A stretch of 64,000 nucleotides of DNA from Archangiaceae bacterium (GTDB lineage Bacteria; Myxococcota; Myxococcia; Myxococcales; Myxococcaceae): contig JBBIOE010000008.1 of the NCBI GenBank assembly GCA_037443525.1, positions 2,331 to 66,330 of the forward strand, read 5' to 3'. Positions 8,814-19,180 of this stretch are shown here, piece by piece (the first letter of the stretch is position 1; each line of letters opens with the position of its first letter). Below the pieces are notes generated by a model, which saw only the letters and a program-made list of their open reading frames with translations, ran no database searches and had not been told where the DNA came from. The position numbers were made by a program, and so were the translations under genes.

Positions 8814-9862
8814 CGGGACGTCCCCGCGAGCTCGTCGGCCAGCGCGTAGGGGTCCGCCTCCCGGCGGGCGATGCGCTCGGCCACCTGCGAGAGCTGGCCC
8901 TTCTCGCGCTCCAGGCGCTCGAGCCCCGCCCGCAAGAGGCGCTCCTTGAGCAGCGCGATGAACTGCGCGGTGGCCCTGTTCTTCTCTCGCGCCAGAAGCT
9001 CGCCGGAGTCCCTCAGGTACGCGTGGTGCGCGTCGACCTGGGCGACGAGCTCGGCGACGCCCTGATCCTTCGCGGCGATCACCTTCTGAATCGGCGGCTC
9101 CCACTCCTGGGGCCCCTTCGGCGCGTCGAAGGCCTTGCCCTCGGCCTTGGCCTTCACCATGCGGTGGTGGGCGTCGTGATCCATGGGAGGGGCGCGCACG
9201 GCGTGGCGCAGCTCCAGCATCGACTTGAGCTCGCGCACCACGCGATCGGCGCCCTCCAGATCGGACTTGTTCACCGCGAACACGTCGGCGACCTCGAGGA
9301 TACCCGCCTTGATGGCCTGGATGTCGTCGCCCATGCCGGGGACGAGCACCACGATGGTGGTGTGGGCCAGCTGGGCGATGTCGATCTCGTCCTGCCCGAC
9401 CCCGACCGTCTCCACCAGGACGACGTCGCGCCCGAGGGCGTCCATCACCCGCAGGGAATCGCCGGTGGCGCGAGAGAGCCCGCCCAGGTGCCCTCGGGTG
9501 GCGAGGCTGCGAATGAAGACGCCCGGGTCGGTGGCGTGGCCCTGCATGCGAATGCGATCGCCCAAGATCGCGCCGCCGGTGAAGGGGCTGGTCGGGTCGA
9601 CGGCGATGACGCCCACCGTCTTCCCCTGCTTGCGGTAGTGCGCGATGAGCCGGTCGGTGAGCGTCGACTTGCCGGCGCCCGGTGAGCCGGTGATGCCGAT
9701 GACCTCGGCCTTGCCGGTGAACGGGAAGAGCGCGCGGAGCTGCTCGGTCGCCTCGGGGAGCCCGTCCTCGCACCAGCGAATGAGCCGCGAGGCTGCGCGT
9801 ACGTCGCCGTCGAGGATGCGTGCGGCGAGGCCCTGGGTGGGACGAGGGGGAACTTCAGGCAT
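8810..9862 (-). CDS. meaB: MeaB/ArgK-family (G3E) P-loop GTPase
   Basis: 350 aa; GITGSPGAGKSTL (Walker A), DPTSPFTGGAILGDRIRM (switch), ETVGVGQDE and NKSD motifs. ATGA overlaps join it to genes on both sides. Confidence 0.85.
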   Translation of the reverse strand: MPEVPPRPTQGLAARILDGDVRAASRLIRWCEDGLPEATEQLRALFPFTGKAEVIGITGSPGAGKSTLTDRLIAHYRKQGKTVGVIAVDPTSPFTGGAILGDRIRMQGHATDPGVFIRSLATRGHLGGLSRATGDSLRVMDALGRDVVLVETVGVGQDEIDIAQLAHTTIVVLVPGMGDDIQAIKAGILEVADVFAVNKSDLEGADRVVRELKSMLELRHAVRAPPMDHDAHHRMVKAKAEGKAFDAPKGPQEWEPPIQKVIAAKDQGVAELVAQVDAHHAYLRDSGELLAREKNRATAQFIALLKERLLRAGLERLEREKGQLSQVAERIARREADPYALADELAGTSR

Positions 9863-10734
9863 CAGAAGATGACCTCGACCTCGTCGATCGGCACGCCGGT
9901 GGCCTTGGCGACCTGCTCGCGCACGCCGGGGAAGTCGTCGAGCTCGAAGCGGTCGGCCCAGATCTTCCCCTTGGGGCCGGCGAGCAGCCCGCGGAAGGTG
10001 CGGCCCTGCACGCGCGCCGCGGCGAAGCGCAAGATCTCGCCGCGCACCTTGAGCTCGCACACCATCTCCATCGGGCTGCGCGTCGGCAGCGACGCCTCTC
10101 CGAAGACGGTGAGCAGCTCGACGAAGGGGATGGTGCCGGCCGCGATGCGCAGGCCCGACTCGGTGCTCTTCTGCGGCGGCGGGGGCGGCGGCGCGCCCAC
10201 GTCGGAGAAGATGGAGAAGACGAAATCGAGCAGCGCGCCCTTCTCGCGGAACTCGGAGAGCTCGAAGGGGGCGGTCTCGGTGCCGACGTTCAGCTCGCCC
10301 CCGTGATCCCAGGCCTTGGAGACGCGGAACTGGCCGGCGCGGTTGGCGGAGATCTGCACCTTGAGGCCGTCGCGCTCGAGCTCGGCGGAGAGGGTCAAGG
10401 TCTCCTCGTCGACGCTGGGCGGCACGCCGATCGACGAGAGCTCCTTGCTGCGGCGCTCGAGCTGAAAGAGGTGATCCTTGAAGGTCTGCACCACCGTGTT
10501 CTCGAGCTTCGCGCCCTTGGGCAGGTAGGCGAGGCTGATGGGCTGGCCGCCGACGAGCGCCGGGGGGCCGAGGTAGACGAGGCGATCGCCGGTGACGCTG
10601 AAGAGCACCTCGTCGATGACCGCCTTGGTCAGCGGGTTCACCGCCTTGCCGCCCTTGAGCGACAGCGTGGCCTCCGTCGTGCCGCCGCCTTCGGCGACCG
10701 TCAGGCCCAGCTCTTCGAGGAAGGCGCGATCCAT
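9862..10734 (-). CDS. Hypothetical protein (290 aa, no recognisable family); contains a PPPPPP linker
   Basis: Intact ORF with tight operon context: 3 nt after the acyl-CoA dehydrogenase stop and a 4-nt ATGA overlap with the MeaB-like gene. Codon usage matches its neighbours. Confidence 0.5.
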   Translation of the reverse strand: MDRAFLEELGLTVAEGGGTTEATLSLKGGKAVNPLTKAVIDEVLFSVTGDRLVYLGPPALVGGQPISLAYLPKGAKLENTVVQTFKDHLFQLERRSKELSSIGVPPSVDEETLTLSAELERDGLKVQISANRAGQFRVSKAWDHGGELNVGTETAPFELSEFREKGALLDFVFSIFSDVGAPPPPPPQKSTESGLRIAAGTIPFVELLTVFGEASLPTRSPMEMVCELKVRGEILRFAAARVQGRTFRGLLAGPKGKIWADRFELDDFPGVREQVAKATGVPIDEVEVIF

Positions 10735-10737
10735 CGA

Positions 10738-11916
10738 TCAGCTCTTGAACAGCTCTCTGGCGATGATGCTGCGCTGGATCTCGCTGGTGCCCTCGCCGAT
10801 CTCGCACAGCTTCGCGTCGCGCAGGTAGCGCTCGACGGGGAACTCACGGGTGTAGCCGTAGCCGCCGTGAATCTGCACCGCCTTGTTGCAGGCGCGGTTG
10901 GCGGCCTCGGAGGCGAACAGCTTCGCCATCGACGCCTCCTTGGAGTACGGCTGGCCGGCGTCGGCGAGGCTGGCGGCGCGGTAGACGAGCAGGCGCGCGG
11001 CGTCGAGCTCGACCTGCATGTCGGCCATCATCCACCGCAGCCCCTGGAAGTCGGCGATGGGCTGGCCGAAGGCGGTGCGATCCTTCGCGTAGCGGATCGC
11101 CGCGTCGAGCGCCGCCTGGCCGAGGCCGACCGCGAGCGCGCCGATGGTGATGCGGCCGCCGTCGAGGATCTTCAAGGTGTCGATGAAGCCGTGATCGACC
11201 TCGCCCACGCGCGCCGAGTCGGGGAGCTCGACGTTGTCGAGGTGCAGCTCGGCCGTGTCGGAGGAGCGCATGCCGAGCTTCCCGTGAATGGCCTTCTGGC
11301 TGAACCCCTTCACGTCCCGCTCGAGCACGAAGGCGGTGATGCCCTTCTGCTTCTTCTCCGGGCTGGTCATCGCGAGCACCACGAAGACGTCGCCCACGGT
11401 GCCCTGGGTGATGAACATCTTCGAGCCGTTGAGGACCCAGGCGCCGCCCTTCTTCACCGCGGTGGTCTTCATGCCGGCGGCGTCGCTGCCCGAGCCCGGC
11501 TCGGTGAGGCCCCACGCGCCCAGCCACTCGCCGCTGGCGAGCTTGGGCAGATACTTCTGCTTCTGGGCCTCATTCCCGAACATGCGGACGTGGCTGGTGC
11601 CGAGGCCGTTGTGGGAGGCCACGGTGAGGGCCAGGGAGCCGTCGGCCTTGGCCACCTCTTCGACGGTGACGGCCACCGCGAGGCTGCCCATGCCGGCGCC
11701 GCCGTACTCCGGAGCGACGCGAATGCCGAGGGCGCCGAGCTGCCCGAGCTCGCGCACCACCTCCATGGGGAACTTCTCGCTCTTGTCCCAGTCGCGGGCC
11801 TGCGCGCGGACGTGCTTGTCACAGAATCCGCGAATGGTGCTCTGCAGGGCGGCGACGTCTTCGGGGAGCGCGAGATCCATCGAGACCGGTATAGCGAAAA
11901 GCGAAGGTTCCGGCAT
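10738..11916 (-). CDS. liuA: Acyl-CoA dehydrogenase (short/branched-chain, isovaleryl-CoA dehydrogenase-like)
   Basis: 392 aa with typical acyl-CoA dehydrogenase motifs ([11 protein letters not shown]…, [30 protein letters not shown]). The liu assignment is by context only. Confidence 0.8.
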   Translation of the reverse strand: MPEPSLFAIPVSMDLALPEDVAALQSTIRGFCDKHVRAQARDWDKSEKFPMEVVRELGQLGALGIRVAPEYGGAGMGSLAVAVTVEEVAKADGSLALTVASHNGLGTSHVRMFGNEAQKQKYLPKLASGEWLGAWGLTEPGSGSDAAGMKTTAVKKGGAWVLNGSKMFITQGTVGDVFVVLAMTSPEKKQKGITAFVLERDVKGFSQKAIHGKLGMRSSDTAELHLDNVELPDSARVGEVDHGFIDTLKILDGGRITIGALAVGLGQAALDAAIRYAKDRTAFGQPIADFQGLRWMMADMQVELDAARLLVYRAASLADAGQPYSKEASMAKLFASEAANRACNKAVQIHGGYGYTREFPVERYLRDAKLCEIGEGTSEIQRSIIARELFKS

Positions 11917-11934
11917 GTCCCTTCGGGGGGACGG

Positions 11935-13464
11935 TCAGACGGGGATCACGCCGTGCTTGCGCTGACCGGTGACGATCTGCTGCTCGACGTAGAGCTCGAA
12001 GCGCTGCACCAGCTCCTTGCGGAGGCGGTCGCCCTCGATGATCTCGTCGACCACCAGCTCGCTCGCCAGCTTGAAGAGGTCGACGTCCTTCTTGTACTCG
12101 TCGCGCAGCTGTTGGACGTAGGCCGGGCGCTCGGCCTCGGGCTTTTCCTGGATCTTGTTGAAGTAGACGGCGTTGACGGCGGCCTCGGGGCCCATCACCG
12201 CGATCATCGCCTGGGGCAGCGCGAGGGTGACGTTCGGGTTGAAGCCCGGGCCGCTCATCGCGTACAGGCCGGCGCCGTAGGCCTTGCGGACGACGACGCA
12301 GACGCGCGGCACGTTGGCCTCGGACATCGCGGAGATCATCTTCGCGCCGGCGCGGATGATGCCCTGCTTCTCGACCTTGGAGCCGATCATGAAGCCCGGC
12401 ACGTCGGCCAGGAAGAGCAAGGGCACGTTGAAGGAGTCGCACAGCCACATGAAGCGCGCGGCCTTGTCGGCGGAGTCGACGAAGAGCACCCCGCCCTTGT
12501 ACTTGGGCTGGTTGGCGACGATGCCCACCACCTTGCCGCCGATGCGGGCGAAGCCGGTGACGATCTCCTGGGCGAAGAGCTTCTTCACCTCGAACCACGA
12601 GCCCTCGTCGATGAGCTCGCTGATCAGCGCGTGAATGTCGAAGGGCTTGTTCTGATCGGCGGGGATGATCTCGTCGATCTTCTTGCCCGAGGCCTTGGGG
12701 GGCTTGGCCGGCGCGGCGGGCGGCTTCTGGGTGCAGTTGGACGGAAGGTTTCGCAGGTAGGCCTTGGCCTGCTCGATGGCCTCCTGCTCGGTCTTCACCA
12801 AGATGTCGCCGCAGCCGGAGATGGTGCAGTGCATCTTCGCGCCGCCCATCTCCTCGAGGGTGACCTTCTCGCCGATGACCATCTCGGCCATGCGGGGCGA
12901 GCCGAGGTACATCGAGGCGTTGCCGTCGACCATGATGATGACGTCGCAGAACGCGGGGATGTACGCGCCGCCGGCGGCCGAGGGCCCGAAGAGCAGGCAG
13001 ACCTGGGGGATGAGCCCGGAGAGGTGGACCTCGTTGTAGAAGATGCGACCCGCGCCGCGGCGGCCGGGGAACATCTCGACCTGATCGGTGATGCGCGCGC
13101 CGGCGGAGTCGACCAGGTAGAGCAAGGGGCACTTCAAGCGGCCGGCGGTCTCCTGGATGCGCAGGATCTTCTCCACCGTGCGCGCGCCCCACGAGCCGGC
13201 CTTCACGGTCGAGTCGTTGGCCATGATGGCGACGGGGCGGCCGTCCATGCGCGCGAGGCCGGTGATCACGCCGTCGGCCGGCAGCTCGGGGTCGAGGACG
13301 TTGGCGAGCTTGCCCTCCTCCACGAAGGAGCCCGCGTCGATGAGCAGGTCGATGCGCTCGCGGGCGAAGAGCTTGCCCGTCTCCTTGTTCTTGGCGTGGT
13401 ACTTCGGGGCCCCGCCCTTGAGGACGGTGCCGGAGATCTCGAGGAGCTTCTCGGTGGTCGACAT
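11935..13464 (-). CDS. liuB: Acyl-CoA carboxylase carboxyltransferase (beta) subunit, methylcrotonyl-/propionyl-CoA carboxylase beta-like
   Basis: 509 aa from the MSTTEKLL start. AccD-type carboxyltransferase domains are present (…GKLFARERIDLLIDAGSF…, …FVDSADKAARFMWLCDSFNVPLLFLADVPGF…). Confidence 0.8.
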   Translation of the reverse strand: MSTTEKLLEISGTVLKGGAPKYHAKNKETGKLFARERIDLLIDAGSFVEEGKLANVLDPELPADGVITGLARMDGRPVAIMANDSTVKAGSWGARTVEKILRIQETAGRLKCPLLYLVDSAGARITDQVEMFPGRRGAGRIFYNEVHLSGLIPQVCLLFGPSAAGGAYIPAFCDVIIMVDGNASMYLGSPRMAEMVIGEKVTLEEMGGAKMHCTISGCGDILVKTEQEAIEQAKAYLRNLPSNCTQKPPAAPAKPPKASGKKIDEIIPADQNKPFDIHALISELIDEGSWFEVKKLFAQEIVTGFARIGGKVVGIVANQPKYKGGVLFVDSADKAARFMWLCDSFNVPLLFLADVPGFMIGSKVEKQGIIRAGAKMISAMSEANVPRVCVVVRKAYGAGLYAMSGPGFNPNVTLALPQAMIAVMGPEAAVNAVYFNKIQEKPEAERPAYVQQLRDEYKKDVDLFKLASELVVDEIIEGDRLRKELVQRFELYVEQQIVTGQRKHGVIPV

Positions 13465-13592
13465 GGTCGGGGTGGGCTCTAGCAGAATCGGCTCGGCGCG
13501 CATCAGTGGCGACGCGCGACCAGCCGCGGTTCCCACCCGGGGTGAAGCTCGACGGGACCGCCTCCATCAGAACGACTTGCGCGGCCAGCCGC

Positions 13593-15413
13593 TCAGGCGA
13601 GCTCTTCGCCCATGACGACCCCCGCCTGACGCCGCGCCGCCTTCACCAGCCGCGGCAGGCCGCGGGCGAGCGCGGCCACCTTCTTCCAGTCCTCCGCCGC
13701 CAGCGCCTCGCGGGCCACGGCCGCCATGCGCTCGATGGCCTGGCGCTCGTTGGCCCCCCAGGCCGATCCCTCCTCGGCCGCCAGCACCTCGTCGAGCTCC
13801 TCGAGCATTTGACGCATCGCCGAGAAGCTCGCTGCCTTGTCGGCGATCGTCTGCAGCACCATGCGCTCGACCTGCTCGGCCTTGAGGCGCCCCGTCTCGG
13901 GGGCCGACAGGTCGGTGCGCGAATCGATCTCGAGCGTCGTCAGCTCGCCGGTGTGCGGGTGCTGCGCCGAGACCGACAGCGTGCCGTCGGCCGCCAGCTC
14001 GAAGCTGACCAGAATGGGCTGGTCCGATCGATCGATCCCCCCGAGGCCGGTGAGGCGCACCTCGCCCAAGCGCGTGCACTCGGCGGCGAAGTCCGACTCG
14101 CCCTGGAAGATGGGAATGACCGCCTCGGACTGCTTGGCCGACAGCGGGTGAAAGCACTGCTGCGCCCGGGTGGGGATGGCCGCGTTCTTCGCGATCAGCC
14201 GCCGCACCCGCTGCGTCGCGAAGCCCACCCCCAGTGACTGAGAGGCGACGTCGAGGAGCAGCGTCTCGCCACCGGTGGCGCCGATCTGCGCGGCCTGAAT
14301 CGCCGCTCCCACCGCCACCACCTCGTCGGGGCTCACGCCGTACTCGGGCTCGCGGCCCAGGTGCTGGGTGAGCAGCTGGCGAATGCGCGGCGCGCGCGTC
14401 ATGCCGCCCACCAGCAGCACCGCATCGAGGTCGGCCGGCGTCAGCCGCGCTTCGCGCAGCACCAGATCGCAGACCGCGAGGCACCGGCCCCACAGCGGCG
14501 CCGACAGCTCGTCGAAGACCCGCCGCTCGAGCGTGCTCCGATGCGCGGCGACGACGCCGTCGCGCTGCTCGCCGATGCCGCTCACGTCGACCTGGGCCAA
14601 CTCGTCGAGGGTCAGGTCCTGCTTGGCCTTCTCGGCGGCGGTGCGAAGCCGCCGCACCAACACGGGATCGCGCTCGAGGGCGGCACGCTGCAGCTGGGTG
14701 AGCTGTCCGAGCACCCACTCCATGATGGCGCCGTCGAAGTCCTCGCCTCCGAGCTGGGGGTCGCCGCCGGTGGCCTTCACCTCGAAGACGCCGTCGGAGA
14801 CCTCGAGCGCCGTGACGTCCAGCGTCCCGCCGCCCAGGTCGAAGACCAGCACCCGCCCCTTGAACTTGCGGGCCATGCCGAAGGCCAGCGCCGCCGCCGT
14901 GGGCTCGTTGATGATGCGCAACAGCTCGAACCCGGCGATGCGAGCGGCTTCCTTCGTCGCCTGCCGCTGCCCGTCGTCGAAGTTCGCGGGCACGGTGATG
15001 ACCGCCTTCTTCACCGGGAAGCCGAAGTAGCGCTGCGCGTCGAGGTACAGCTCGCCCAGGACCAGCGCCGAGACCTGCGTCAGCGGGAGGACGTTGCCCT
15101 CCAGCGACACTCGCACGTCGCCCGTCGGGCCCCCCACCAGGCGGTAGGGGAGCTTCGTGTGTGCGAGGGCGAGCTCGGGCGAGAAACGCTGGCCGATGTA
15201 GCGCTTGGTGGCGGTGGCCACCCGCTGCGGGTGCCAGTTGAGCAGGTCTTTGGCCGCGCGGCCCACCAGGTACTGGCCCTCGTGCGCCGCCACCATCGAC
15301 GGCGTCAGAAGCCCACCGGCTCGGCTGGGAATGACCAGCGGCACTCCGTCCTCGACGGTGGCGACCACGCTGTTGGAGGTGCCCAGATCGATACCAAGGA
15401 CCGGCTCGCTCAC
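13593..15413 (-). CDS. Hsp70 (DnaK-like) family ATPase with a divergent C-terminal domain
   Basis: 606 aa from the GTG at 15413, with GGGAG 6 nt upstream. Actin-like ATPase motifs are present ([28 protein letters not shown]). The C-terminus does not resemble the canonical DnaK substrate-binding domain or lid. Confidence 0.75.
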   Translation of the reverse strand: MSEPVLGIDLGTSNSVVATVEDGVPLVIPSRAGGLLTPSMVAAHEGQYLVGRAAKDLLNWHPQRVATATKRYIGQRFSPELALAHTKLPYRLVGGPTGDVRVSLEGNVLPLTQVSALVLGELYLDAQRYFGFPVKKAVITVPANFDDGQRQATKEAARIAGFELLRIINEPTAAALAFGMARKFKGRVLVFDLGGGTLDVTALEVSDGVFEVKATGGDPQLGGEDFDGAIMEWVLGQLTQLQRAALERDPVLVRRLRTAAEKAKQDLTLDELAQVDVSGIGEQRDGVVAAHRSTLERRVFDELSAPLWGRCLAVCDLVLREARLTPADLDAVLLVGGMTRAPRIRQLLTQHLGREPEYGVSPDEVVAVGAAIQAAQIGATGGETLLLDVASQSLGVGFATQRVRRLIAKNAAIPTRAQQCFHPLSAKQSEAVIPIFQGESDFAAECTRLGEVRLTGLGGIDRSDQPILVSFELAADGTLSVSAQHPHTGELTTLEIDSRTDLSAPETGRLKAEQVERMVLQTIADKAASFSAMRQMLEELDEVLAAEEGSAWGANERQAIERMAAVAREALAAEDWKKVAALARGLPRLVKAARRQAGVVMGEELA

Positions 15414-16006
15414 GCTCCCCCCTCCAGCGCACGCGCGAGCGACGCACGCAAACCGTCGACGTCGTCCAACAGCAGCGCCGCGCCAACCCGGCCGCCGTCC
15501 TCGACCACCTGGGTGACGGTGCCCCGGGCCTCGAACACTTCCGAGATCAAACCGAGGGAGAGCCGCACCCGATCGCCCACCAGGCGCGCGTCGCGCGACC
15601 AGACGAAGAGCTGCCCGTCGGAGAGCCCCTGATCCGCGGCGCGATCGAGCGCCTGACGGGTCTCGAAGCGGACGGGCGGAAGCTCGACCTCCTGGCCGCG
15701 CGAAGACGGGAAGTAAGGAGCCAGCGCCTCGGCCGGCCCGAGCAGCCGCACGGCGAAGCCTCCCTCGCGTCGCCGGGCGGGCAGCGCCTCGAGGTGGCGC
15801 ACCACCCGACCCTCGAGGTGCAGCGGGCGCTCGGGCTCGATGAACAGCTCGAGCCACAGGCGTGTGCCCGGAGGCAACACCTCGCGGCTGGAGACGAAGA
15901 GGCCCCCGCTCGAGACGTCGCTGGTGCGCCCCTCGTGCGTCGTCTCATCGACGCCGAAGCGCACCGGGAAGTACCTCGGGTGTCGCGCGTGGCGACGGCG
16001 TTCCAT
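15410..16006 (-). CDS. PilZ-domain protein
   Basis: 198 aa; N-terminal RRRHAR (RxxxR) and DVSSGG (D/NxSxGG) PilZ motifs. Its stop overlaps the Hsp70-like GTG start as GTGA. Confidence 0.6.
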   Translation of the reverse strand: MERRRHARHPRYFPVRFGVDETTHEGRTSDVSSGGLFVSSREVLPPGTRLWLELFIEPERPLHLEGRVVRHLEALPARRREGGFAVRLLGPAEALAPYFPSSRGQEVELPPVRFETRQALDRAADQGLSDGQLFVWSRDARLVGDRVRLSLGLISEVFEARGTVTQVVEDGGRVGAALLLDDVDGLRASLARALEGGA

Positions 16007-16070
16007 GAAGCAACAGCCTACCAAGGCGCACTCGCCGCGCGCTGAGTTTCGGTCGCGCGGGAATCGCCCT

Positions 16071-16838
16071 TCATCGGCCCGTAAATACGGGCTTGCGCTT
16101 CTCGGCGAAGGCCTTCAGGCCCTCCAGGCGGTCCTGCGTCCCCAGGGTGAGTGCGTACTTCTCCTGCTCGAGGGCGAGGGCGCGATCGAGCTCGAGCGCG
16201 GCGCCCTCGTCGATGGCGTGCTTGGCGGCGGCCACGGCGATGGGGGCGTTCTCGTTGACCGCCCGGGCCAGGGAGAGCGCGTCGTCCGGCGAGCCCACCC
16301 GATTCACCAGCCCGAGCTTCAGCGCCTCGTCGGCCGTCACTCGCCTTCCAGTGAGGATCAGCTCCTTCGCCGCGCCCTTGCCGACCAGCCGCGGCAGGCG
16401 CTGGGTGCCACCGCCGCCGGGGATGATGCCGAGCTTCACCTCGGTGAGCCCCAGCTCGGCCGTCGGCGCGGCCACGCGCAGGTCGCACGAGAGCGCCAGC
16501 TCGGTGCCGCCGCCGAACGCCGCGCCGTTGACGTAGGCGATGAAGACGCAGTCGGAGAGCTCGAGCGCTCGAAACGTGCGCCGGAGCGCGTCGAGGAAGG
16601 TGCGCACCTCGGCTTCGCTCATGCCTGCGCGCTCCTTGAGATCCGCCCCGGCGCAGAAGGCCTTGTCACCCTTCCCTCTCAGCACCACCGCGCGCACCGA
16701 GCGATCGGCCCCCGAGACGCGGCGGACGTTGGCCTCGAGCTCCGCGACCATCGCCTTCGACAGCGCGTTGCGCTTCGCCTCGCCGTCGATGGTCCACAGC
16801 TCGACGCCGTCGTGCATCTCGATGATGAATTCCGCCAT
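16071..16838 (-). CDS. liuC: Enoyl-CoA hydratase/isomerase (crotonase; methylglutaconyl-CoA hydratase-like)
   Basis: 255 aa crotonase fold (…[11 protein letters not shown]…, …[15 protein letters not shown]…). The liuC call is by context. Confidence 0.8.
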   Translation of the reverse strand: MAEFIIEMHDGVELWTIDGEAKRNALSKAMVAELEANVRRVSGADRSVRAVVLRGKGDKAFCAGADLKERAGMSEAEVRTFLDALRRTFRALELSDCVFIAYVNGAAFGGGTELALSCDLRVAAPTAELGLTEVKLGIIPGGGGTQRLPRLVGKGAAKELILTGRRVTADEALKLGLVNRVGSPDDALSLARAVNENAPIAVAAAKHAIDEGAALELDRALALEQEKYALTLGTQDRLEGLKAFAEKRKPVFTGR

Positions 16839-16870
16839 CGCTCGGCTCCATTGGGAATACAGTCCGCGCC

Positions 16871-18739
16871 ATGCGGCGCTGGCGCTGGATAGCCCGTCTC
16901 AACCCCGTCGTCCTGCTCGTCGTCACGCTGGTCGCGTTCGCCGCCTATGCGCGCGTGGGTGGGGGCGAGAGCTTCGACTCCGGGCGCAGCGGCGGCGGAG
17001 ACGATCTCGGCGACGCGATCTTCGGCTGCATCTTCCAGATGCTCATCGAGCTCGCGTTCGATCACCCCGTCATCGGGATTCCGCTGCTGCTCTGCTTCGT
17101 GGGCGGGTACCTGTGGTTCCAGCACCAGAGCGCGGGCCCGGCCACGCGCCGCGCCATCGATCAGGCGGAGGCCGAGCGTCGCACCACCACCAGCACCACG
17201 GCCGTGGAGCGCTGGATCGCCGCGCTCAAGACGAAGGACCCGGCGTTCGAGCTCTTGCCCTTCCTCGATCGCACCAACGCGCTCTTCCTGCAGGTCCAGA
17301 CCGCGTGGTTCCAGCGGAACCTCGAGCCGGTGCGCCGGTTCCTGTCCGACGCGACCTGGCAGCGCCTCGTCACCCAGCTGCGGCTCATGGAGCGCCAGGG
17401 TGTGCGCGACGCCCTCACCGACGTGCGCGTGCTCGATCTGCAGATCATCGGCCTCGAGCAGACGGAGTTCTTCGACACGCTCCACATTCGAGTGAAGGCG
17501 ATCGCCCGCGACGACGAAGCGCCCGCCACCTTCACCGACGCCCAGGCCATCGAGCTGGCGTCGAAGAAGACACCTGAGCAGTTCGTCGAGGTGTGGAGCT
17601 TCGTCCGCAAGCCCGGCGCGCAGACGAAGGCCGGGGCGCTCCACGAGGGCAAGTGCCCGAGCTGCGGCGCTCCGTTCTCCGGCGGAGCGTCGAACGCCTG
17701 CGAGTACTGCAAGGCGGTCGTGAACTCCGGCACCTTCGACTGGGTGCTCGCGGAGATCACCCAAGGCAGCGAGTACGGCGCGTCGCACCAGGCGGCCGAG
17801 GGCATCGCGCGGCTGCGCCAGAAGGACGCCGGGCTCAACCTCGAGACTCTCGAGGATCGCGCCTCGCTCTGCTTCTGGAAGTGGATCGACGCCCAGTCGG
17901 CGGGCGATGCGAAGCAGATCGCGCGGGTGGCGTCGGCGCCCTTGAGAGCGCAGCTCGAGGAGGAGCTGGAATCGCTGAAGGCCCAGGGCCGCCGCAAGGT
18001 CTTCCTCGAGTGCGCGGTGGGCGCGGTGGAGACGCGCTGCTTCACCCAGGACAACGGGTTCGACCTGGCGCACGTCGAGATTCGCTGGAGCGCACGCCTC
18101 GGCCTCGCCGCCGCCGGCCAGAAGCCGGGCAACCTGCCCTCGGTGCCGAACCGCTGGGTCTTCGTGTTGGAGCGGAAGAGCGGCGCCGTGACGCCGACCG
18201 GCAACGGCATGGCGTCGTTCCGCTGCCCCGGGTGTGGCGCGCCGCTCACCGACAACGGGCTGGTGACCTGCGAGTTCTGCGCGACGCCGCTCGCCACGGG
18301 CGAGAAGGACTGGGTGCTCCACGAGGCGTTGAGCTGGGAGGCGTGGCTGGCGCGCGGCTACCAGCACTTCTCCACCGTCCAGGCGCCGCGGCTGGCGGAT
18401 CGCGTCCCGTCTCGAGAGGAGCGCGAGCGCCTGCTCTACGTGATGGCCGCGATGGCGAAGGCCGACGGCGTGGTCGATCAGCGCGAGCGGCAGCTCTTGA
18501 AGATGTGCGCGGACCGCTGGAGCGTCCCCTGGGCGAACGTCGAGATGGCGCTCAATGCCGGGCCGCAGCTCTTCGAGCGGCTCGTGCAGCAAGGCTCCAC
18601 CGAGGCCGAGCAGTTCCTCAAGCAGCTCGTGCAGATGGCGCTCGTCGACGGGAAGATCGATCGCAAGGAGCGGCAGCTGCTCGAGGCCGCCGCGCAGCAC
18701 CTCGGCGTGCCCCAGGCGCTGTCAGGGATGATCGGCTGA
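16871..18739 (+). CDS. Membrane protein with two Tim44-like domains, each followed by a CxxC…CxxC zinc ribbon, and a C-terminal TerB-like domain
   Basis: 622 aa; two N-terminal TM helices; the block repeated twice is ~150 aa ending in CPSCGAP…CEYC and then CPGCGAP…CEFC; the C-terminal ~110 aa resemble TerB/DjlA-N (…[23 protein letters not shown]…). Confidence 0.6.
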   Translation: MRRWRWIARLNPVVLLVVTLVAFAAYARVGGGESFDSGRSGGGDDLGDAIFGCIFQMLIELAFDHPVIGIPLLLCFVGGYLWFQHQSAGPATRRAIDQAEAERRTTTSTTAVERWIAALKTKDPAFELLPFLDRTNALFLQVQTAWFQRNLEPVRRFLSDATWQRLVTQLRLMERQGVRDALTDVRVLDLQIIGLEQTEFFDTLHIRVKAIARDDEAPATFTDAQAIELASKKTPEQFVEVWSFVRKPGAQTKAGALHEGKCPSCGAPFSGGASNACEYCKAVVNSGTFDWVLAEITQGSEYGASHQAAEGIARLRQKDAGLNLETLEDRASLCFWKWIDAQSAGDAKQIARVASAPLRAQLEEELESLKAQGRRKVFLECAVGAVETRCFTQDNGFDLAHVEIRWSARLGLAAAGQKPGNLPSVPNRWVFVLERKSGAVTPTGNGMASFRCPGCGAPLTDNGLVTCEFCATPLATGEKDWVLHEALSWEAWLARGYQHFSTVQAPRLADRVPSREERERLLYVMAAMAKADGVVDQRERQLLKMCADRWSVPWANVEMALNAGPQLFERLVQQGSTEAEQFLKQLVQMALVDGKIDRKERQLLEAAAQHLGVPQALSGMIG

Positions 18740-18745
18740 GCGGCA

Positions 18746-19180
18746 CTACTCCAGCGCCGCGATCCGCCAGGCGCCGTCCTCTTTGATCAGCTCCAGCGCG
18801 TGCGCCGAGTCGAGCGGCAGGTGAGCGCGCGACCCCTCGAGCACGAAGGGCTTCGCCAGCGCCTGCTTCACCCGCTGCACCCGCTCCTTCGCCAAGGGCT
18901 CGCGATCGTGATCCGCCGCCAGGCGCTGGGCCGAGTACCGCTCGCGCAACGGCGCCACCAACAGCCCCCGCACCGCCGCGTAGTCCTTCTTCTCCGTCGC
19001 CTCGACGAAGCGGGTCGCCACGGCGCGGAGCTCCGCATCGGATGACTCGGACGGTTCGGCCTTCAGCGGCTCCGCCACCATCGTCCGCGTCGGCGGAGCC
19101 CCCAGCGGCGGTTCATGCCGCACGATCACCGTCTCCGGCGCGCAGGCCGCCAGGACGAGGAGCGCGGCCGCCCAGCGCAT
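18746..19180 (-). CDS. Small lipoprotein (144 aa), unknown function
   Basis: Signal [13 protein letters not shown] (lipobox). Its ATG overlaps the stop of the upstream small ORF as ATGA. Confidence 0.45.
   Translation of the reverse strand: MRWAAALLVLAACAPETVIVRHEPPLGAPPTRTMVAEPLKAEPSESSDAELRAVATRFVEATEKKDYAAVRGLLVAPLRERYSAQRLAADHDREPLAKERVQRVKQALAKPFVLEGSRAHLPLDSAHALELIKEDGAWRIAALE

Noticed and set aside
13464-13536. Upstream alternative starts for the carboxyltransferase (GTG 13536, ATG 13503)
   Set aside because: Homology to acyl-CoA carboxylase beta subunits begins at MSTTEKLL (13464). None of the candidates has a good SD, so the start was chosen by homology; uncertainty remains.
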